64,000 bases of DNA. It comes from Azolla caroliniana (lineage: Eukaryota; Plantae; Polypodiophyta). Each line of letters opens with the position of its first letter. Position 1 is the first letter of the stretch. Both the position numbers and the translations under genes were made by a program. The notes under the pieces are model-generated. The model ran no database searches, was not told where the DNA came from, and saw only the letters and a program-made list of their open reading frames with translations. The stretch lies in contig JBHGNT010000016.1 of assembly GCA_043228905.1 (NCBI GenBank), forward strand, positions 16,988,001 to 17,052,000. The letters are read 5' to 3'. Positions 54,541 to 64,000 of this stretch are shown piece by piece.

Positions 54541-54596
54541 GTCATATTTGAACTCGAGACCTCGAGAACAAATGCATTAAACACTTGAGCTAACCA
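54541..54596 (-). other. Degenerate tRNA-derived (SINE-like) head
   Basis: Minus strand GGTTAGCTCAAGTG...GAGTTCAAAT resembles A and B boxes. No cloverleaf verified. Confidence 0.3.
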
Positions 54597-55310
54597 AATA
54601 TGTTACTTGTGTTGAATGTTTAACGTTTTATGCGTATAAGAGATATGCGAGGCATTTGCTCATATTTTTTTTTTTTAAAGAAACATATATGTCAAGAGTC
54701 CTTATTTCCCCCTCGTTTACCACAAACTATGTTGGTACATTACCTAACCTCAAGTCTCATAATTACAATGGCATACGCCAAAGTGCAACCTAATGGTCAG
54801 GCCAAATGAGCCCTCTTTTCGTAGTAGGCCTGCGTGGCCCATCACATGGTTACATCATTACGAATGCCTTTCATAAGAATGATCTCATGGTGGCATCGTA
54901 TCCATGTAATGAGGGAGGGATGTTGGATATGTGTGTCATAGGAGCGACCTCACATGAAGTGGGTCAAGCCCTATGTTATCAACATCATTGTGGCTATGAT
55001 CGTTTCATTACGTAACAAAATCGAAGTGATCAATGGGGATGTCAACAAAAAAATTGTTGAAAAAAGGATGGTGACTACACCATTCTCACAAAAATTGTGA
55101 GGACAACCACCAAGATCCTTTCCCCAAAAAGGACAACATTCGATATAGAAATCACGTAATAACTAATATACATATATGTATATTTATCACGTATATACGA
55201 TCAAATACATATACACGTGACAACATATGCATATACTAAACAAATTCGCAACATCAAATAGCCAATAATGATGTAATCGAGATACGTAATCGAGGCATAT
55301 AGCCTCTACG

Positions 55311-57130
55311 TGTTAGATATAATCAATGATCAGCCCCAAGTTGTAAATCTATCCCCATATGTGCTCTTATAGTGCACATTTTGTGATAGCGCCCCAAGTG
55401 AAGAGCGACTAGTGTGCAACTCAACCATATGGGTCGATAAGGTGTTAATCTAGGAACCCGTAGATGCGTAGGACACAATGGATTAAGGAAAGAGAAAAAT
55501 AGGTAATAGGATTGGCTAATCAAGTCAACTAGAATATTTTGTGGGCAAGTTACAATGTACTTAGTCTTGAAGTATGTGCCATTGACTTCAAGATAAGTAT
55601 TATCTAGCACTAGCCTGTATCTAGGGAGTTGGGTCATATTAAATGACAAGTCAGTTGATAGAAAAGGAATATCTCCACTACGATCAACTGACATGCACAT
55701 TTAATGTTACACTCAAACCAAACAGAGAATATAATCCACTCTCTTACACAATGGTGTATTGATCATCAATCCCCATTGTCATGAACATCGACACCCACTA
55801 ATTTTGTAGTGAGTTGGTCCAAAACCCATCTAAGCTCTAAGGTGTGAGCGCATGCTACCATTGTGAGCTACTCTCAAATGTAATAGAAGTTTGGTTTTCA
55901 TATATCCATCTCTGTGGTTGTAACTTTATATACCTATGTAATCGATTCTCAATATTTCTAACATGGTATCAGAGATGAGAGGTTGATCTAGATTAGGTAT
56001 ATACGGGTTGTTGTTGTCTAGCAGCACAGAGAGAGAGAGAGAGGGAGGGAGGGAGGGAGGGAGGGAGGGAGAGTATCAATGGCCTTGTCTACGAATGTTA
56101 CAGCTGCTCCACTGTGCATTCATCCACCTCCATTGTCTGATCGAAAGCTAGATGGAACCAACTACACTCTATGGAAGTTCAAAATGTATGCCATTTTGGA
56201 CTCCTACGAGTTGTTGGAGACAATCATGGGACCCATAGGAGGAGACTCTGAGCCCATGGTGACCTTTGACCCTGCACACCCTACCACATCAATCCCTCCA
56301 AATGTTGATCTACTTCGAGCCTGGAAGAGAAGGAATGATGATGCGTTGTGTACCATAGTCACTGGTGTATGTGACTCTGTACTAGCATTAGTGCAACATA
56401 CAACCAGGGCACATGAAGCTTGGGGCATATTGGCCAGCCAGTATGAAACCAGAAACTATACAAGGATACAGAAACTCAAAAATCAGCTTGCTGCAGAGAA
56501 GCTCGATGATGGAGAGAAAGTAGAATCCTTTGTAAAAAGGATTAAGGATCTTCAAGATCAGCTGGCAGCTATCTAGAGGATATGGCTCATCGGTGCATTC
56601 AAGTACTTCCTTCCAAGTATGATGGCATTGTGACAACATTGAACACTCAAGTTCGACCCACTCCTTTAAAATTTGATGAACTAAGTGCAATGTTTCTTGA
56701 AGAGGAGCTTTGGCTTAAGACAAGAGAAGAAAGGGAAGATGCAGCATTTGTCTCTAGGACTAAGGATACCAAAGAAGAAGAAGTTCAATGGATCGTGTTT
56801 CTACTATGACAAGAAGGGTCAAAAAATCAAGGATTGTCGAAAGAAGATGGCGGATGAGAAGAATGGTTCTAGTAAGACCTCTTGGAGAGATCCCGAGTCT
56901 ACCAACAATGGCGTAGATGAGCTTGAGTTACGGGTCGCAACTGAAGAAGTGTGTTCTTCAGTTGATACTCAAGTTGTCGACGACTCTTGGATTCTTGATA
57001 GTGGAGCATCTCGACATATGACTAGCAATCGTGGCTTGTACAGCTCTTGGACACCTCTACAAGAGCCCATCAATGTTGTGGATATCTTCACAAAGGCGCT
57101 TGGAGCAGAACATCTACAACAACACCATCG
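55311..57130 (+). mobile_element. Internally deleted Ty1/copia: 5' LTR 55311-55963, Met PBS, gag-protease joined to the RNase H end
   Basis: TGTTAGA...TCTAACA then TGGTATCAGAG; KLDGTNYTLWK; WILDSGASRHM followed directly by VDIFTKAL. Confidence 0.85.
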
Positions 57131-58071
57131 ACGATAATAAGTTTGAACCAAATTTTTCTTTCCTCCCTCATTTCTTTCTCTTCCAAGAACCTTAATAAGT
57201 TTCCTTCTTTCTTTTCCTCTTCCCTCATAAGATATGGAGTCCGTGAGCAAACAAGAATATATGCGTGTCCTTTCTGAGCTCGACATGCTCACGAATAAAT
57301 TTGTGGCACTAGAGCAAGAAAATCAAAGGCTACTCAAGGACCTGCAACATGTGAGTACCGAGAAAGCACAACAATATGAAGAGTTTTCACAATGAGTTCG
57401 CCAACTCGAGGCTATTATATTATCATTACGAGAACAAGCATCGGGGGTTCAAAACTACCCCAAAGAACCGAAGATTAGCTTCCCTGCTAAGTTTGATGGT
57501 ATGAGGTCTCTATTTCGAGGCTTTTTGAATCAAGTACGTTTGGTTATTCAATTACATCACAATCGATACCCAACGGAAGCTACTCGTGTGGGATTAGTAG
57601 GAACCTTGCTAAGCGGTATAGCACTAGCATGGTTTTCACCACTCCTTCAGAAGAAATCACCATTGTTGGAGGATTTTGAGTCATTTGTTAAGGAGTTTCA
57701 AGCTAGCTTCGGAGATACCGACAACATTAGGACGACAATAAACAAGATTCGAAGGCTCCGACAAGGAGATCGTCCCATGTCGGCTTACGCAGCCGATTTC
57801 CGTCTCTTGGCATGCGATCTCCCTTGGGATGAGGCGGCTCTAATGGATCAATTCTGTGAAGGTTTGCGTAATGATGTCAAACATCTTCTTCTTACCTTTC
57901 ATAAAGATCCAAAATCTCTTACAGAGGCAATTAGTCGAGCTATGCGACGTGATAATCGCCTATTTGAGCGACGCTCGGAGCGCCAACAAACGTTGCGTCG
58001 TCAACCGGAACAAACGTACGCTTCTATAGTCGCAACGCCTCCACAAGTTTCTAGACCCATCATGAGGGATG

Positions 58072-58597
58072 TGTTGGGAAGTCGGTCCCTCCGGATGGGA
58101 TCCGGTTATGAATAAGGAGGACCCGGCGAGAACTGGAAGAGATTCGATAACCGGATCGAATGGACCTGGTGAGAATCGGAAGAGAAGACATATTTGTAAA
58201 TATGTTTTGAGTAAGCCTATTGAGGCTATATTTGTAAATAGCCCTAAGTTCATATGAGTATAAATATGACCTAGGGCAATCACAGAAATGTTGTTGTTGT
58301 CATATTGTTGTTGATATAACTGTTGTATAGAGTGAGAGGAGATATAGAGTTATACTATGTTGTAACCACCGATTGGCGAAGATATAGAGCTCGAGGTCGT
58401 TGCCTCCGAGTCTCTGATTGTATCTTTCCTATATATAGTGATAGCTTGGAGTCTGTGGGCTCCTATGGTTTTTTCCCATTAGGGTTTTCCACGTAAACAT
58501 TCTGTGTACTCTCTACTTCCTATTTCTGTGTTTCATTCTCATTGAAGTGATTCAAGACTCGGTTGTGACCAAGCAATATTCCGCACTATTCTCTTCA
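58072..58597 (+). mobile_element. Solo LTR in gag
   Basis: TG...CA with perfect 5-bp TSD GGATG. Confidence 0.9.
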
Positions 58598-61500
58598 GGA
58601 TGGCCCAACTCCAATGGAAATAGAGTCAACACAATGTCGAGGGCCCTTATCGGATGCTGAGAAGCAACAACGTCGAGCACTCCGCGTATGTCTATATTGT
58701 CGGGGTCTAGGACATATAGCCGTGATTTGTCCGCATAAACCTAGACGTCAAGTATACCAAGTAAGTGCACAAGACAACCCTACTTCAAGCTCCATTATTA
58801 CTTCTAATAACATAAGTAAGCCTAGTAGTCCATGCCATGAGAATAGATTCGATGTCATGAGGATGTGTTAAACGAGTAAGTCCAGCCAAAATAGGAGCCA
58901 TTTGGTTGGACTATCCTAGATATGTAGAGTCAATTCCTAGTTGTGGTTCCATTTTATCAAATCAAGTTAGTCGAGTTTTTTCTGCACAAGTTGAGCTTAG
59001 CACATCTACATGTCATCGAGTCCTAGCCTCTGCCCTCTTAGATTCTGGAGCCAACTCTTGCTTGTTTCATGGATCGTGAGTTTACATTGACACAAAACAT
59101 CCTCCTGAATAACCTCCCGAACCCAGTATCCGTAGAAGTCATCGATGGTTGTCCCATAGCATCAGGTGATATAGTCGAAGAGTCCAAGCTAATTCGTGTA
59201 GTTCTTGGTGATTTGGCAAGCATAATCTCTTTCAATATTATTCGTAGTCCAGAACACTCATTAGTTCTAGGTCTCCCTTGGTTTGAACTAAATAACCCGA
59301 AGATTGATTGGATGAAAAGAACAATTGAGGAATCCCAAGAAAAAAGAACTACACTCGCATCCCTCAACACTCCAATATTTGATACTGGATCCGATAAGTT
59401 ATCAACCATCTCTCTCCATCAGTTACGTGAGGCAGGAGGGAATGAGGACATGTTCATATTTGCAATCGTAGCAACTCCATCAAGCCCATCACCCATCTTA
59501 CCGGAGCCGAATGTTCAATTACCAAAAAAATACAAAGAGTTTTCAAACTTCTTTGATAAGGTCAAGGCAAATACATTGCCAAAGCATAGGCCATACAACT
59601 ACCCTATTGACTTACAACCAGGGAAAGAACTGACATGCAGGCCGATTTATAATCTTTCACTCGTAGAGCTAGAGACTTTGATGAGAATCTGACAAACGGA
59701 TTCATCTGGCATTCTAGATCCCCTGTTGGTGCACCTATCTTCTTCGTTAAGAAGAAAAACGGGTCTCTTCGGTTGGTCGTGGATTATCGAGGGCTGAACA
59801 AAGTGACTATCCAGAATAGATATGCTCTACCATTGATCTCGAAACTTTTTGAATGTCTCAGTGGAGCAAAATATTTCACAAAATTGGACCTTCGCGGTGC
59901 ATACAATCTAGTTCAGATTCATCTAGGGGATGAATAAAAAACTGCTTTTCGCTCTCGTTATGGACATTTCGAGTATACCGTGATGCCATTCGGTCTCACA
60001 AATGCGCCTACAATGTTCCAGCATATGGCGAATGATATTTTTCGAGATTTTCTCGATATCTTCACTATAGTTTACGTAGACGACATTTTGATCTACTCAA
60101 AGATTGAAGAGGAGCATGATAAACATGCTCGTAAGGTATTACGTTGACTACGAGAATATGGTCTCTACACAAAATTCGAAAAGTGTAGTTTCGGCCAAAA
60201 TCAAGTGGAGTTTTTGGGGTATGTTGTATCATCAACTAGTATCTCTATGGACCCAATGAAGGTTCAAACAATTTTAGATTGGCAAACACCCCTTTCAGTG
60301 CGTGATGTACAATGTTTTCTCAGGTTTGCAAATTTTTATCGGAAATTCATTAAAAGTTAATCCAAGGTTGTGCTTCCACTCACACGACTCACACACAAAA
60401 ATCAGCCATTCATATGGAATTCAAAGGCGACCGAGGCGTTCGAAAGTTTAAAATGAGCATTTACAACAGCGCATATTTTGGCTCATGTTGATCCCAAGAA
60501 ACGCTTCATCCTTGAAGCTGATGCATCCGACTTTCCATTAGGAAGTGTTCTATCGCAAACTGGAGATGACGAGCAACTACATCCTATTGATTTTCATTCC
60601 CGAAAATTCGAAGTTGCAGAGATTAATTACGAGATCCATGACAAAGAGCTTCTGGCAATTACGGATTCTTTTCAACAATGGCGACATTTTCTAGAAGGTT
60701 CTTCTCAGCAGATCATTGTCTACAATGATCACAAGAACTTAACATATTTCCAAAATGCTCGAGTCTTAAGTCGGTGAGAAGCTCGTTGAGCGCAATTTTT
60801 AACTCACTTCGACTTTGTAATCATATACCGCCCAGGGATGCAGCAAGGAAAAGCAGACGCTCTTTCTCAACGCTCTTATGTGGAACTTCGTCCAAGAGAA
60901 CTAGCTTTTGAGCATCAAAAACAAATCCTTTGGGTCCAAATCGCCTACGATTAATGGCAGTTAATTCCATAATCACACCCAGGGATTCCACTCTTATTTA
61001 TGCCATTCGAGATCATATGGCTACTGATGTGTTCGCGAAAAATGTTTTGGATCATATCATCCTGAATCGTGCTTCTTGCTCGAAGTCGCAAAACCCTCAT
61101 ACTGACTATAGGCAGTTCTATTGGCATGGTGGTTTTCTGTTTCAACAAAACATATTGTATGTTCTTGATGGTCCCCCACGCTTGCAAGTCTTACAACATT
61201 GTCATGACACACCAATGGCTGGACATTTTGGAGTCGTCAAAACTCTAGAATTAGTTTCTCGGCGATATTGGTGGCCTCAACTTCGTCATTTTGTGGAGGA
61301 GTATGTCCGAAGTTGTGATATATGTTGTCGATCAAAGAGTCCTCGACACCGATCATATGGGTTACTACAACCACTTCCAATTCCTGAAAATCCTTGGAAG
61401 TCTATATCCTTGGATTTCATTACCGATCTCCCAGTTTCGAGGGGTTTTGATACCATTCTGACCATGGTCGATCGACTTACTAAAATGGCACATTTTTTGC

Positions 61501-61971
61501 CATGTACAAAGTCTATTACTAGTCAAGAGACAGTCAATCTAGTTATGCGAAAGTTATTCAAGCATCATGGTCTCCCAGACGATATTATTAGTGATCAAGG
61601 TCCACAATTCATCTCAAAGTTCTGGAAGCACATGTTAAAATTTCTCTGCGTTTCGGCTAAGCTTTCTTCGGGCTATCATTCAGAGACTAATGGTCAAACC
61701 GAGCGTACCAACCAGACTTTGGAGCAATATCTTCGTTGTTTCATCAACAGTTATCAACATGATGATTGGGTTGATTTTCTGCACTTGGTTGAATTCCTTA
61801 TAACAACTCGGTCCATTCGTCTACAGGATATTCTCCATTTTTCGCAAATACGGGTTCTCATCCTCGTTGGACGATGACTAATTACCCCAGAGTTCCTATC
61901 AACCCTGCTCCTGCGGATTGTCTTAGTCATCTCCAAGAAATTCACGCTACCATTCTCCACAATTTGCGTGA

Positions 61972-62719
61972 TGTCGTGAAGATTTCCGAGCACGATGAGA
62001 AAACCGGGAGGGACAAATAAAATGGGGATGTGCAACATTGCACATGCACTTGTAAATTTGTGTAATAAGAATAAGTAAACAAAATGTAATGGGAAGGGTA
62101 ATAACCTAAGGTGCTAAAGGTGCACCACGAAGTTCGTAGAGGCATAAATGTGATGTGCACTTTGTAGAGAAGAATGAGTAGTGAGCATTGAGAGTAAATG
62201 TAATAGGAGAGAGAGTTCAGGCCCACCGATTTAAGATCGAGGGAGATATTCCCCATTAAATGAAAGGGGATTTGACTCCCTCTTGTAATGTGCTCACCCC
62301 TTATTACTATAAAGGGGAGTGAGGGGGGGTCACTTGTGAAGGGGTTGCCTATTTTTTAGTGTGAAAGGTATACCGCATAGTTCTAGGGTTCTTCTTCTTC
62401 CCATTTCGATTTAGGGTTAGGGTTTCGCTTAGGCTTACCTTATTCATCTTCTTTACTTTACTTATTCGATTAGGGTTTCTTGTAGCCGTTGGGTTTTGGC
62501 CTATGCCGCCATAGTTGTATTCGTTTGTGTTTTCTTAATATAACTTGTTGAGTATTTTGCCTCCATCCATCTCTTGTTCAATCTTCATGTCATATTCATT
62601 CTCCTCTCCTCTTGAGCTAAGCTTCCATTTCGTGTCTTATTCCTTCTCCTCAACTCCCTAGTTCAAGACCCCAGTGGTTCCGCCTCGGATCCTACACGCG
62701 CTCACGAAATATCGCGACA
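61972..62719 (+). mobile_element. Solo LTR (TGTCG...CGACA group) in integrase
   Basis: TGTCGT...GCGACA termini; flanks GCGTGA/ACGTAA (TSD length ambiguous). Confidence 0.8.
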
Positions 62720-63239
62720 ACGTAATGCTCAAAGTACATACAAGAGGATTGCGGACCATCATCGCTTAGACTCCTTAGAAACGTTTCATGGCAGGGATCG
62801 TGTATGGCTTCTACAACACAACATCAAGACCACTAGGCCTTGTAGTAAATTAGATTACCAACGGTTTGGCCCGTACGAGATCATGGGTAAGATAAGCGAT
62901 GTTGCATTTCGTCTTGGCCTCCCTCCTCACATGCATCTTCACCCCGTGTTTCATGTCTCCCTTCTCGAACCTTACACCCCAAGTTCAATCCCGGGTCGTC
63001 TTAACACTCCCCCACCACCTGTAGAGTTTTTGGAAGGACCGGAATTTGAGGTTGTTGCCATTCTCGATTCCAAGATCGTGCGCAACAAGTTGTATTACTT
63101 GGTCGATTGGTTAGGCTATACACCCAATTATCGAACTTGGGAACCTGCAACAAATCTTGTCAATGTTGCGGACATGGTCACCGAATTTCATCGACAATAT
63201 CCTCATAAGCCAGGTCCTAGTTCAACCCATGCGACCCGT

Positions 63240-64000
63240 TGTCGTGACGATTTTCGGCTACGGTGTGAAACCAAGTGAGACAAATAAACCAATGATGTGC
63301 AACATTGCACATACACTTAGCAAATAAGCCTCCTAAGGCCTAGTGGCACTTGAGTTCATACAGAGGGGTGCAAGCAAGGTTTGAACCTTGCACCTCTAAG
63401 ATACAAGATAATTGCCTTACCACTAGGACAACTATCATATAGTGTAAATTTTATGTATTTCCTTTTCATATACAAATTATAGACGAAACAACCATAGAAA
63501 ACCATGTGCACAAAACCATGGTTTTAAACCCATGGTTTGTGCATGACATAAGCAAAACCGTGTGCACAAAACCATGGTTTTAGCCCATGGTTTTGTGCAT
63601 GTCACGAGCATGGAAAGACCTATAAAAGCCTCTAGTTGGGCTTGTGTAAGGGGGGCTCAATATGTGATATCACCAACACCATTATCATCAATATAATATT
63701 TGTCTTTATCTTCATATTTTTCTACTTCTCAAGTGTACAATTTTTCTTCTTCTCAAGTAAACCATTTTCATTTAATCTTACATTGATCGTCATCTAGCGT
63801 CGATAATTCCGCGATCATCCTCCCCAGTCCAAGACCCCGGTGGTCGCTCGAGTAGCACACGCACGCGCGAATCTTCGCGACATCATTTGGTGAACCCGAC
63901 GTGAAGAGCTGCAGGGGAGGACGAAGATGGATGTCGAATATCTCATGGAGGCAATGTCAAGAAGGATGATGGAGTTTCTGATAGAAGGGAAAAGAAGAAA
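63240..64000 (+). mobile_element. 5' LTR (63240-63882) and tRNA-Trp PBS (63888-63905) of a gypsy element running off the window
   Basis: TGTCGT...GCGACA then TGGTGAACCCGACGTGAA; left flank CCGT. Confidence 0.88.

Larger units (their letters stand above)
57139..63239 (+). mobile_element. Third Tcn1-like chromovirus, many stops, LTRs not seen
   Basis: GTTTGAACCAAATT leader; gag, protease, RT, RNase H, integrase and chromodomain homologous to the other two copies. Confidence 0.9.

Overview
Repeat-dense eukaryotic nuclear DNA from a land plant. The TE mix (self-priming Tcn1-like chromoviruses, tRNA-Trp-primed Ty3/gypsy, RTE-like LINEs) suggests a fern or other seed-free plant (inference). Host genes: one intact 5-exon aldo-keto reductase (37987-39606, minus), a truncated duplicate of it, and exon 1 of an FSH1/OVCA2-type serine hydrolase. 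The rest is deeply nested Ty3/gypsy, Ty1/copia, LINE, solo-LTR and hAT-MITE sequence. The main finding is a decayed ~19.4 kb TIR DNA transposon (16564-35996; 36-bp TIRs, 4-bp TSD) that the ORF track hides. It carries a DUF7869/Sola1-like DDD transposase and, divergently oriented, an intron-containing bacterial-type beta-class N4-cytosine/N6-adenine DNA methyltransferase gene. Other signals: a CpG-centred target site for TGTCG...CGACA LTRs, antisense tRNA-like A/B boxes in several LTR families, a conserved -1 frameshift signal, and an LTR inverted at its self-priming repeat. All calls come from manual reading and translation; no searches were run.
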